Virus record (IMG/VR): IMGVR_UViG_3300032074_000002
Coordinates: 7,526 to 71,525 of that record
Direction: 5' to 3' (one strand)
Source of the DNA: a virus
Taxonomy: Duplodnaviria > Caudoviricetes
DNA: 64,000 bases
In this document: positions 17,488 through 27,600 of the stretch, piece after piece
Layout of the letters: each line of letters opens with the position of its first letter
Position numbering within the stretch: the stretch's first letter is position 1
Made by a program: the position numbers and the translations under genes
Notes under the pieces: generated by a model
Database searches by the model: none
What the model was told of the DNA's origin: nothing
The model's input: the letters and a program-made list of their open reading frames with translations, nothing else

Positions 17488-17670
17488 ATGCAACCCATGA
17501 CCGAGACCATTGTTCTGTACTGCCACAACGACGGCTGTGGTGTGCGCTCGCAGCGTTATGAAGCTGCATTCCCGCCTAGCCGCTGCCCAGAGTGCGGCAG
17601 CAAGTTCGAGGCTGAGCCGCAGCGTCGGGAGACGCACACTCGCGGCCCTCGGAGCTACAACACGTACTGA
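17488..17670 (+). CDS. Small Zn-ribbon protein
   Basis: CHNDGC...CPEC; GAGG RBS. Confidence 0.65.
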   Translation: MQPMTETIVLYCHNDGCGVRSQRYEAAFPPSRCPECGSKFEAEPQRRETHTRGPRSYNTY

Positions 17671-18345
17671 CTAGATCTGCACGCACACGCCAGTCAGTGG
17701 AACACAGAGCTGAGGCGATGTGGGAGGGGGCGGCGTCGGCGTTCCACCCCCGGCAGGCACCGTATGTGAGGTGCTCGCCGGGGGTGTCGTCGTCTGTGGC
17801 GCCGCCGTCCGCGTGGGCGTCCTCGTGGGGGCTGGGACCTTAGTCCCGGTTGGCCGATTCCCGGCCGTCAGTGACGGCGTGGCGGGCGCTGTGGGCGCTT
17901 GACTACCGGGTGTAGGGTCGGAAGTAAAGAAACCCGCTGGCGGCCCTATCGGCACCGAGCTGGGACTGGAGGATGATCCACTAGTCCTCGGTATAGGCCC
18001 ATTTGGACAATGAAGCCTCTTGGCGATCTTCTGTAGCTGCCCGCCTGGATCGGCCTGCAGCTCGCCAATCAGCTGACACACAGCCTGCGTCTGCTCGTGA
18101 CGCTCCCGGTCGGCGAACTGGCCGCGCTGGTTGAGGTAATCCGAGAACTCACGCTGATAGCCAAACAGGACCATGATGAGTCCCAGCATCAGGATCTGCA
18201 AGACGAACAATGCGATCAACGACCACGGGGAGTGCATGTGTCGAATAAAGTCCCAGTTCTTGGCTGGAGTCTCAAACTGGCCAGGCGGCTTGATCGCGTG
18301 GCGGCGCTTCCGGCGGGTCAAGGCGGAGCGCAGGCTTAGTCTCAT
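17671..18345 (-). CDS. Membrane-anchored protein with Pro/Thr-rich ectodomain
   Basis: One TM helix, coiled segment with two Cys, P/T/S linker, C-terminal LCVPLTGVCVQI. Confidence 0.7.
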   Translation of the reverse strand: MRLSLRSALTRRKRRHAIKPPGQFETPAKNWDFIRHMHSPWSLIALFVLQILMLGLIMVLFGYQREFSDYLNQRGQFADRERHEQTQAVCQLIGELQADPGGQLQKIAKRLHCPNGPIPRTSGSSSSPSSVPIGPPAGFFTSDPTPGSQAPTAPATPSLTAGNRPTGTKVPAPTRTPTRTAAPQTTTPPASTSHTVPAGGGTPTPPPPTSPQLCVPLTGVCVQI

Positions 18346-18701
18346 TAGATTCCTAACTGCCCCTTAATGTTGGCGATGTCCTCTCGGATCTTACTAATTG
18401 CCTCATCGCTCTGTGTAATGTGACCCTGAAGCTGTCTATCAACAATATCTAGAGCTGACTTGTTAGATACGGTACGATCTCGTACCGTACACCAGTCTGT
18501 TTCAGATAGCGTAAAGGGGCGGCTCCCCTGACTTTCGGGAGCCGCCTCTCTCGAGGAGCTTCTCTTGGTGCGCTGAAGTATTGCGACGACGACGCCAGTA
18601 ATCCCGGCAATCAGTGCGCTGGCGACAACTCCAAAGAACTCGTAGGGAACCTGTGGTGGGGCGTCAGACGCGGCTTCCGCCAGACTCGAGATGATCCACA
18701 C
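18345..18701 (-). CDS. Membrane protein, 1 TM plus coiled coil (holin-accessory-like)
   Basis: FFGVVASALIAGITGVVVAIL; 1-nt overlap with downstream gene. Confidence 0.7.
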   Translation of the reverse strand: MWIISSLAEAASDAPPQVPYEFFGVVASALIAGITGVVVAILQRTKRSSSREAAPESQGSRPFTLSETDWCTVRDRTVSNKSALDIVDRQLQGHITQSDEAISKIREDIANIKGQLGI

Positions 18702-19203
18702 CCAGCGACCTTTCCCCCTGCAGCTCTTCGATCGGTACTTCCCGACTGTACCAGTAGCTGTCCAGCGGCACCAGGAGCCGGGTCAGCAGCCACTGGATCA
18801 CGAGGACTGCTACAGCACTGAGCGCGATGATGTTGGTAGGGAGTCCAACGATCAACGGGTAGGTAAGACCTGACAGCCAGCACGCCCACAGCGGGATCAC
18901 CAGCTGCCATGCCCACCTGCGGGAGCTGACGCTTGGTCGGGCTACCGCTCTGGCGCAGAGGATTCCGGCCATGAAGAACACGATGCTCCAGCATCCCTTG
19001 ATGATGAAGCTAATGTGGGGATGGTTGGCGAGGATCAGCAGCGCGGTTCCGTTGCCAGCCAGCAGACGCGGCGGGGCGGCCACCAGCGCGGCAGTCACAA
19101 TGAACTGCAACAGCGCGACGACGCCTAGTTCTACCTCACCTGGCGCCACTGGCCGGAGCTTTACCGACTGACTTCCTCGCTGAACGACGATGTGCGAAGT
19201 CAT
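18664..19203 (-). CDS. Four-TM membrane protein
   Basis: Four hydrophobic helices; GGGAG RBS. Confidence 0.75.
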   Translation of the reverse strand: MTSHIVVQRGSQSVKLRPVAPGEVELGVVALLQFIVTAALVAAPPRLLAGNGTALLILANHPHISFIIKGCWSIVFFMAGILCARAVARPSVSSRRWAWQLVIPLWACWLSGLTYPLIVGLPTNIIALSAVAVLVIQWLLTRLLVPLDSYWYSREVPIEELQGERSLGVDHLESGGSRV

Positions 19204-19277
19204 GTAGCAAGCTCCCCGAGTAGCTAACAGGTCGCACTCTACCCTACACGGTAGGCGCTACCAATCCGTTATCCTCG

Positions 19278-20303
19278 TTACGGGTGCAGGAATACGGCAT
19301 ACAGAAAAGACGAGTCGAGCGCAGCTATCTCTGTTGCACCAGTATCGTGAGTGCACGTCAACTGAAGATAATCGTTTGCATTCAGGACGAGAGGCACCGC
19401 ACCAGCGTTTATGTGTGTCGTGTGCGCCGATGAAGTGTTTGGCGTTACCCAGCCCTGTGGACCAGTATTAACCGGAGCACCATTCACATTCAGGTTGATA
19501 TACTTCTCCGTGCCATTACCAATTGTGCCCGAGTTTTTGAGCGATAGCTTTGCTCCAACGAGATAAGCCCCCGGTGTGACGCAAGTGATCTTGCCGGTAG
19601 CCGTTGTTGCAAACGCTGTACTGGCGATTTCCGTTGCATTGAAGTTGACAATTGTCTGAAAACCACCACCCGACGGCATACTCTGCGTAGCGGCAGCTGC
19701 TCCAGTGATCTTGATGGTGCGGGCGCGGTCAACGTAGTCCTTGCGGGTCAGAGCCGAGCTGCCCGTTCCTTGAACCTGACCCGCCACCGGGTTGTGAATA
19801 ATAAAGCTCTGCAGTACTCCATTATTGAGCGCCATGATCTCGTTGTTGTCCATACGGGTATTAAAGCCATTATCTGGCCCAATCTGAAACGGGTGACCCG
19901 TTGAGCCCGTCGGACTCGTCGGGTACTGACCGACGTCACCTGCATCACTGGTGGATGGGAGGCGGAATCGTCCGGGGACAGTCATGTCCCCGTTTATGTC
20001 GCCATACCAGACAGCTCCACCGATGACATCAGTGATGAACTTGTCTGTACCGATGCCTTCGATACGAACACGCTGACCGACAGCACTCGGCTGGATCGAG
20101 CCCATGTTGACGATCACCTGGCCAGTCTCGCCATTGTAGGTGATCGTACACTTGTAGTTCGGCCTGTCGATCGAGACAACAGTACCATAGCGATACTTCG
20201 GACGCTGTTGCTCGATTGCTTCTTTGACGAGACTATTTACGATGTCTCGCATCGCCAGCGAGAACGACAGGTCGTCCATTCCCGCCATGTCACATACCCA
20301 CAA
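19278..20303 (-). CDS. Minor tail protein (spike/fibre-like)
   Basis: N-terminal OB-like segment, C-terminal beta-rich C1q-like domain; follows hub gene. Confidence 0.75.
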   Translation of the reverse strand: MWVCDMAGMDDLSFSLAMRDIVNSLVKEAIEQQRPKYRYGTVVSIDRPNYKCTITYNGETGQVIVNMGSIQPSAVGQRVRIEGIGTDKFITDVIGGAVWYGDINGDMTVPGRFRLPSTSDAGDVGQYPTSPTGSTGHPFQIGPDNGFNTRMDNNEIMALNNGVLQSFIIHNPVAGQVQGTGSSALTRKDYVDRARTIKITGAAAATQSMPSGGGFQTIVNFNATEIASTAFATTATGKITCVTPGAYLVGAKLSLKNSGTIGNGTEKYINLNVNGAPVNTGPQGWVTPNTSSAHTTHINAGAVPLVLNANDYLQLTCTHDTGATEIAALDSSFLYAVFLHP

Positions 20304-22044
20304 TCAGCACGCGCTTACCGATACCTGACATTGCCGCCAGTCCAAGCGGCAAGGTGAACGACGATAGCAAGAATGTATTAGGGTCGCCAGGAGCAGGGTT
20401 CGGGTCAATCCAGCCGAGGATGTCCCCTGCCTCCAGCCATGGCATGATGAGCGTATCGAAGTCCAACTCGAAGGACTCCAATGACTGGATTGACAGATAT
20501 GTATTTGCCAGGTCATCGGCCTGCTGCTGAGTAGTAATCAGCGGCGATGAGTACTCCCAGTATCTGTCACCGATCTCATCGACATTAGTGGGCGAGTTTG
20601 GATCGGTGTTGATCGCCTCTGAGTACACGGGCAGAACGTTTGCGTCCGACGATTCTCCAGTGACCAGAATATGGTTGAAGAGGTTAGCGTCCGACGTGGA
20701 CTTCGTATAGGTAGCGATCTGACCTTGCTTACCAGTCTCGATCCAGATGATTGGTGCACTGGTGGTCGGATCCAGAAAGGGTCGGATGACGAGATACCCA
20801 GCCGGGTCAAAGAAGATCTCGTAGTTGTACGCCGTGGCGATCTGCTTCATGGCATCCCACCGCGAGGTGTTGCGATCAAAGGTGAACGTGTCACCTATAA
20901 CGACACCAGTCTTTGGTAGAGCCATTTTGTTGATGCCAGCGTTTGCAGCAAGTACGCCAATCAAACCTTCGAGCGATTGCCCAGCCACGAACATCGTCGC
21001 CTGAGCAAACTTCGACTGAATGCACTTCTTTGTGTAGTCCCGTCCGGTGATCTTAACTTCGTGAGGAAAGTTCGCCTGCGAGATACGGTCGATCATAAAC
21101 TCGCCGATCTGAGTTTCCCAGACCGTGATAGGCTGGACGGTGTTGAGCCAGCTCAGAGCCCCGCGCAGAAAGTTGTAGAAGTCCGTTTCCATGTACTGCG
21201 TACTCTTGAGCGGGTAGTGAACCGCCATAGCCTTGCCGAAGGTGGACGAAGAGAACGAACTGATCGCAAATGATGTTAGTCCAGTGTCAGAGTAACCAAC
21301 GCCAAAGAGACTGGTATCGCCTGCTGCAGTGATTGCAATAGGCGCGTTATATGCAGTCGAGATTGCATCGGCCGTCGGGTCGAATGCTCGCCAGCCGAGA
21401 GTTCTGATGTCTGAGACATTTGCAGGCGTGATAATGGTGCCTGCAGTCGTAGCAACCTTAGACGCTTTTGTCCATCCCGTCGTGCCGAAAGCTGCATCGT
21501 AGAGTCGCTGTGCAGAGTCTCTGAAGACGAACACTGACTTACCGTTACGCAGAGCACTGACCATTAGGGCACTTTGATCGTTAGATCCACCGAGGCCGAC
21601 AATGATGTCGTAAGGTGCAATATCCAGTGCATAATCAGAAGCGATAACGTTAGTCTGCACATCACCGTAACCGAGACTAGCAACAGCCTCGCGAAACGCA
21701 GCGGCGTGCGAATCTGTCGTCGAATCAGCGATAATCAGGATCTTTGGCAGGCGCTGCTTGGAGTTGACAGCGACACCACGGTAGACCTTGAGGATCTTGT
21801 CGTACCAGAACTCGCCCGGAGCGTGGATCAGCACATCGTCAGCATTGTCGAGCGTCAGGTCCAGTGCCCTGCGCTCGTCTCGGTCGTAGTCTACCGTGAC
21901 CGACCCATCCTTGAGTCGACCTACCGTGTCTTTCGCCCAGCGAGTAACACCATCAGCCTCGTAGATCTCGACACGGCGAACATGACGGGTGGTCGGGCCG
22001 AGAAACTGGTCGATCGCCTCCTGGGGAGGTGTAGTGACTGGCAC
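20290..22044 (-). CDS. Minor tail / baseplate hub protein with inserted domain
   Basis: VTVDYDRDERRALDLTL...NHILVTGE...LEAGDIL pattern of actinophage hub proteins. Confidence 0.8.
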   Translation of the reverse strand: MPVTTPPQEAIDQFLGPTTRHVRRVEIYEADGVTRWAKDTVGRLKDGSVTVDYDRDERRALDLTLDNADDVLIHAPGEFWYDKILKVYRGVAVNSKQRLPKILIIADSTTDSHAAAFREAVASLGYGDVQTNVIASDYALDIAPYDIIVGLGGSNDQSALMVSALRNGKSVFVFRDSAQRLYDAAFGTTGWTKASKVATTAGTIITPANVSDIRTLGWRAFDPTADAISTAYNAPIAITAAGDTSLFGVGYSDTGLTSFAISSFSSSTFGKAMAVHYPLKSTQYMETDFYNFLRGALSWLNTVQPITVWETQIGEFMIDRISQANFPHEVKITGRDYTKKCIQSKFAQATMFVAGQSLEGLIGVLAANAGINKMALPKTGVVIGDTFTFDRNTSRWDAMKQIATAYNYEIFFDPAGYLVIRPFLDPTTSAPIIWIETGKQGQIATYTKSTSDANLFNHILVTGESSDANVLPVYSEAINTDPNSPTNVDEIGDRYWEYSSPLITTQQQADDLANTYLSIQSLESFELDFDTLIMPWLEAGDILGWIDPNPAPGDPNTFLLSSFTLPLGLAAMSGIGKRVLIVGM

Positions 22045-22045
22045 G

Positions 22046-24631
22046 TCAGCGAACCTCCTCGTAAGGGATCGTCATGTCGCCCATCTCGGCTGTCCCGACA
22101 CCAGACTTGGGCGACCAGCCGAGATTACCAAGACTGATCTGAAACAGCCTGCCAAACGGCGTTCGCAGCCAGTAGGTTTCCTGTGCTCGGAACAAATCCT
22201 CCATTGCCTGGCGAAACGTACTGGGACGCTCGACCTTACGAACCTCGCACTTGAGCGAGCCAGCGTACCCCAAGTCGTCGCCGTAGTCAGTGTGCCGACC
22301 CCGGCCGATGATCGTGTACGTAGCGGACTCTTGCTCGTAAGTCGAGTCGTCGCCTGTCACGTTCGGTAGTTTAACGCTCAGGTCAGTATCCACTGGATTG
22401 ATGATCCAGTAACTAACGAGGTCAACGTCCACGCGCCGATCCTCAGTCAGTTCTTGATCGGTGTCGTCGCGGTAGTAGCCCACTGTTGACTCTAACAGTG
22501 CGCCAGATCGAGTGGCAACCTGGGTCACCGAGTAGATATACTCGTGGCCAGCCACTAACATGTAGTCCTTATACTGTCTTGTGTTCACGTCGCTGATCTG
22601 AGTCAGTAGATCCCAGGTACCCGATACGTCAGTCAGGTCCATGCGATAGACCTTCCACGCCGCAAAGGCGTCATCTGGCAAAGCCTGCGTAAGGTCGATC
22701 AGTACGTACCCGAGTTCTTCGGCGCCAGAGGCGTCGATGTCATACTGAATCGAGCTAGGTGCGACGTAGCTCGTACTGAACGCAAAAGTCGCCGTACCAC
22801 TCAGGCCAGTACTGTCGGTGACAGTGACGGTCCATGAGTAATTGTGCTGGTTACCAAGAACGACGGCGGAGGGTGTCGCGGTGAAAACTGCGCCAGTTAC
22901 CGTCGTGGTCCATGCAACTTCGGCGGTACTGGTATCCGTAACGGTGACTACGGCCTTCGCTTGTGTTCCACCCGACGGAGTGGTGACCCCCCAACTAAAG
23001 GTGGGCGCACCATTGGTCACCGTCCCACCATTGGGCGGTGTCTGTAGCGTGACGACCGGGACATCTGCGAGCGTAAAGATCGAGTAGGACGTATACGCGC
23101 TGGCGGTGTCGCCCTTGTCCCAGACTCGTACCTTCCAGCGTAGCTGCTGGTTCTTAAGGCTTACGTCGATTGGAACTTGAATACTCTTGACGGCGCTGGT
23201 AACCTTGCCGGAGTCGTAGATCGACGTACCGTTGAGGTTGTCTTCGATGACGACCTGATATGCAGTCTGCGCATCGAGAGAGCCAGCCGAGTCCCCGAAG
23301 CTCCAGGTAAAGGTGATGTTGGGTGTGTACTGCCACGTCTTGCCCGTGGACGGGGTAACGATCGTAGCAGATGGAGTGTGAGATTCCGTCCAGCTGACAG
23401 TCGTAGACCACGGAGTAACATATCCCGTGGTATTGTTCTTAACCTGAGCCCGAGCATACCAAGTACCAACCTTGAGATACTTGGTAGTGTCTTGGAGAGT
23501 GTACTGATTATTCGAGGATGCTGCACTCGGGTTGAGTGTAAGCGTTGTAATACCAGAAGCGAATGTACTGCTCTGACTCAGCTGTGCGGTGATCGTCCGA
23601 TCAGAGGCGATACCCTGGGCGGTAACAATAACCTTGGCTACTGCGTCAGTATATTTCGAGCCTGCGGCTGGCGTAATGATGCTAGGCGTCCCCGCCAACA
23701 TCGTAAAGTTGATCGAGCCTGTCCATGGCGAGTCGCCGACACCATTGCTCGCTCGAACTCTGGCGTAGTACTTGACGCCAGGAGTGAGGCCAGTAAGGTT
23801 TGCGGGTGAGCCGTCATAAGTGATAGTCTGAAGATTTGACGTAAAGCTAGAGTTAGTCGCAAGCTGTAAGTCGTAGCCGTTGATAGCAGAGCCACCGTCA
23901 GTGCCAGGCGCACTCCAGCTAACCGTTGCTGTTGTCTGATTGACAGCACTCGAGGCTAGTCCAGTTGGGACGCCCGGAGCTGTAGCACCAGTCGTAAAGC
24001 TACTCGTGTAGGCCCAGGCCGAGTCTCCTACACTGTTGGTTTCCTTGGCGCGAAACTGATAGGTGGTTGCTGGTGTTAGTCCAGTAGCGGTATGAGAACC
24101 AGACCCGTGCCAACCGACACCTGGGCTTGTCCAGTTTGACCCCGGTCCAGAAATCTGTGAGTAATAGTCGATGATCGACGAGCCGTTAGAAGAGCCAGCC
24201 GTAACAGTGACAGTAGCACTCGTGCTAGTGACGCTAGAAGCCTTGACGGTAGGAGCACCGGGAACACTCGCTGGCCTCTTGGGGAGCGACCAGTAGTAAT
24301 CGACGTAGGGTGTACCGCCGAGATACTGACCAGAAATCGCGCCGTAAAAGTGGTAGGTAGGACCACCACCATAGCTCAGGCCCTGACTAAGAATTGTCGT
24401 GCGTCCGACATACTGGCTTACGACGCCGCTACCGACATTGAAGGTGAAGTTAAAGGTAGCAGATCGCGAGCCCGAAATAGTCAGTGTCTGGTTGTCGTTG
24501 AAGCCCCAGTTGTTTGACTCGACATACCAGTCAGCATAGACGTTAACCTGAGTAGTACCTGAACTGATTGCATCTGTGAAGACGTTGACGCCAACCAGTT
24601 CATGCTGCTGCTCGCCACCCCATACGGTCAT
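22046..24631 (-). CDS. Minor tail protein with fibronectin type III repeats (distal-tail-like)
   Basis: FN3 motifs (LTPATTYQFRAK, VSWSAP...INGYDLQ, LTPGVKYYARVRASN); follows tape measure. Confidence 0.85.
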   Translation of the reverse strand: MTVWGGEQQHELVGVNVFTDAISSGTTQVNVYADWYVESNNWGFNDNQTLTISGSRSATFNFTFNVGSGVVSQYVGRTTILSQGLSYGGGPTYHFYGAISGQYLGGTPYVDYYWSLPKRPASVPGAPTVKASSVTSTSATVTVTAGSSNGSSIIDYYSQISGPGSNWTSPGVGWHGSGSHTATGLTPATTYQFRAKETNSVGDSAWAYTSSFTTGATAPGVPTGLASSAVNQTTATVSWSAPGTDGGSAINGYDLQLATNSSFTSNLQTITYDGSPANLTGLTPGVKYYARVRASNGVGDSPWTGSINFTMLAGTPSIITPAAGSKYTDAVAKVIVTAQGIASDRTITAQLSQSSTFASGITTLTLNPSAASSNNQYTLQDTTKYLKVGTWYARAQVKNNTTGYVTPWSTTVSWTESHTPSATIVTPSTGKTWQYTPNITFTWSFGDSAGSLDAQTAYQVVIEDNLNGTSIYDSGKVTSAVKSIQVPIDVSLKNQQLRWKVRVWDKGDTASAYTSYSIFTLADVPVVTLQTPPNGGTVTNGAPTFSWGVTTPSGGTQAKAVVTVTDTSTAEVAWTTTVTGAVFTATPSAVVLGNQHNYSWTVTVTDSTGLSGTATFAFSTSYVAPSSIQYDIDASGAEELGYVLIDLTQALPDDAFAAWKVYRMDLTDVSGTWDLLTQISDVNTRQYKDYMLVAGHEYIYSVTQVATRSGALLESTVGYYRDDTDQELTEDRRVDVDLVSYWIINPVDTDLSVKLPNVTGDDSTYEQESATYTIIGRGRHTDYGDDLGYAGSLKCEVRKVERPSTFRQAMEDLFRAQETYWLRTPFGRLFQISLGNLGWSPKSGVGTAEMGDMTIPYEEVR

Positions 24632-27600
24632 CGCCTACTGCCTCCAGCCATGTCCCGCAGGTTCGTCAGGAACGTTTCTGCGTCGCGTCCGTTGTTAATA
24701 CTCGGGAACAAAAGATCACCAGTGATGTTGATAGTCACCGTGTCGCCGTTGTAGTTGTAGACTACCGGCTGGGAAGCCTGAACGCTACCATTGAGCCTCG
24801 CGTCCAACTTCACGAGGTCGATGTGATCCAGAACGTTGACCAGCTTCTCGAACGATGCAGTCTGTGCGGTAGTCAGAACCCTCTCGGCTCCACCGCTCAT
24901 GTTGATCCCGACGGTGCCACTCGGCCACAGCCCGCCCTGGTCGTACCAGTGGTTGGCCGCCCAGAATCGTTGAGCGCCGATGGGGTCACCATAGCGCCCG
25001 TGGATGTATCGCAGACCGTACTGCGCCTGGAGAACCGGGTCAGAAGTTTTATGCCCGCCGACGCCAGCCCAGGTGCTGTTGAGGAACTGGAACAGACCAT
25101 AGGCGGTACTGGTCGGGTTCTGGGCGTAGGGGTTGAAGCCAGACTCGTGACTGATGATCCAGGCTAGGGCGTTCCACTCGGCGCCACTTCCCCACCCGTA
25201 CTGGTTGGCTACCATCCGAACAGCCGCAGCCGCACCAGCCTTGGCCAGTGAGCCGGTAACTCCCTGACTCAGGTCAGGCAGGTTGACGTTCGCAAGTGCA
25301 TTGGCGTTATCAGCTGCACGCTTCGCAATCTCTGCCTTGTAATCAGCGTAACCACCGCCGCCGGGAGCTACCCAGCCGGTCGCAGCGTGCTTAATCCAAT
25401 TCCAGATGTTGTTAGCACCGTCACGAGCCATATCACCCAGAGAGGCGTCAATGCCAGTGTTACCGTGATTACTTGTGTACTTCCGCTCCTTGGAGACGTA
25501 ATCCGTAATCAGGTTGATGATCCCACCGGCAGGCGACATCGAGGTAAGGAATCTGGCGATGGGGTTTGTGTTAATCCAGTCAAGCGTACGACTACCAAGA
25601 CCAACAATGCCACCCGCTGCGTGGCTCTGTATTCCGCCACCCACGGATGCTAGCAGGAACTGCAGCACGGCGTTGGGACCGCCACTCCGGGCCGCAGCGT
25701 TGGCAGCGTGGACCCAATCGGGTCCGAGCGCCTTCGTGAACTCGGGGCGCAGGATCGCCTCGCCGCCGGACAGCTCTAGGAGTCCGCCGGTGGGAGAAAC
25801 GAACTTGTGAACGTCACGACCGGGCGTATATCCAGGCATGACGCCACCTGCGGCGAAACCCAGCTTGAAGGGCGCGAGATCCTTGCCGCCCCAGATGTTG
25901 TTAATCCAGTTCCACAGATTACGCAGGCCATTGTTCCATACGAAGTCCACGACCCACTGGACGGGCTTGCCAAGTGCCGACTTCAGCCCATCCCAGATCT
26001 TTCCGATGCCGTCAACTGCAGTCTTAAAGCCGTCATGGACGGCACTAATGACGTCACTGAACGTCTTGAAGACCGGGTGCAGCAGATGGTCCCACACCCA
26101 CTTGAAGCCAGCTGCCAGGCCGTTCCAAACGGAACCAATCGCGTCGAAGATCGGCTTCAGAATAGTCTTGTACAGCCAGTTAGCAACATCCTTAATTGCA
26201 TTCCAGACGGGATGCAGGACGTTGTCCCATGCCCACTTGATATCGTTAAGAAGTGACTGCCAGAGCGATCCGATGTAAGTGAAAACAGGCTTAAGAATAT
26301 TGGTCCAGAGCCAGTTTGCCGCTCCAGCAACTGCATTCCAGACTGGCTTAAGAACATGCTCCCAAAACCACTTGAAAGCACTTGTTAGCGCATTCCACCC
26401 ATCCTCGATCCATCCGAGGACGGGCTTGATCGCAACCTTCCAGAGCCAACTGAAAAGATCACCAATCCAGCCGAGGACGGTCTTGATGGGCGCCCACAGG
26501 AGGCCGAGCGCTAGCTTAACAACGGCGACAATCTGACCCCAGATAGCACCAAGAACTTCCTTGATGCCCTTCCACATCTTACCCCAGTTACCCGTGAACA
26601 AGCCGATGAAGATGTCCAGAATGCCGAGGATAAACTGCACAAAGTTATGGAACGAAGTCTTGATGAAGTCAAGCACAGGCTTGATGATATTTACAAGAAG
26701 GTCGAATGCAGCCTTGATTGCAACAACGAACACACCAGCGAAGAACTCAATAACCGGCTTGATGATCTTAATGATGTTGCGGATTGCATCAAGGAAAGGT
26801 CCGATGCGCTCCTTGAGTCCACTGAACAGGTCGCCCAGGGAAGACCAGATACTCTTAAAGAAGTCACCAAGCTGGCCTAGGATGTTCTTGACATCCGGGC
26901 CAATGAGACTCCATAGGAACTTACCAATGTCCCAGATCGTGCTCCACCAGCTGGTGAGAACACTCCACGCCTTGCTGAGAATTCCCTCGAAGTCGATACC
27001 GCCGAAGATCTTACTGAGTGTACCGCCAAGGTCTACACCATCGAACAGGTGCGTGAACGGCTTGCCAAGCTTCTTGAGGAACGGCCAGGCAGTTCCGTCC
27101 CACCACTTGACAAAGCCCTTCCACATGTCCTTGAAGGGCCCGAACATGTCGAAGCCCCCGAAGGCTCCTCCCATCTTCTTTTGAAGGTCCTTCGTCCAAG
27201 CGTCGATCTGTGCGGACTGATCGCCGGGGCCACCCTCGCGCCCGACCATGCCCGTGCCGCCGACGTCTGCAAAGTTACCACCTGCAGCGTCTTGGAAGTT
27301 CTGCATGGTCGGGGACAGCTTCGGTGCCTTGGCTTGCTTGAGACCAGCGGCAGCTGCGTTGACGTCGGACATGGCCTGATTCATGTCCTGAATCGCCTGA
27401 GTTACCGCATCATAAGAGTTCTTAAGGTCACTCAGCTTCTGGTTAGAAGCGTCATAACTGACCTGGACGGCATCAACCTTCTTCTGGGCAGCATCCACGA
27501 CGGCCTGCTGCCTAGCGACAGCATCGTTGGCCGCGTTGTACTTATCGGTTAGGTCGCTGATACCCTGCTTGTCCTGGAGCACTCCGGCCAAGATCTGGTC

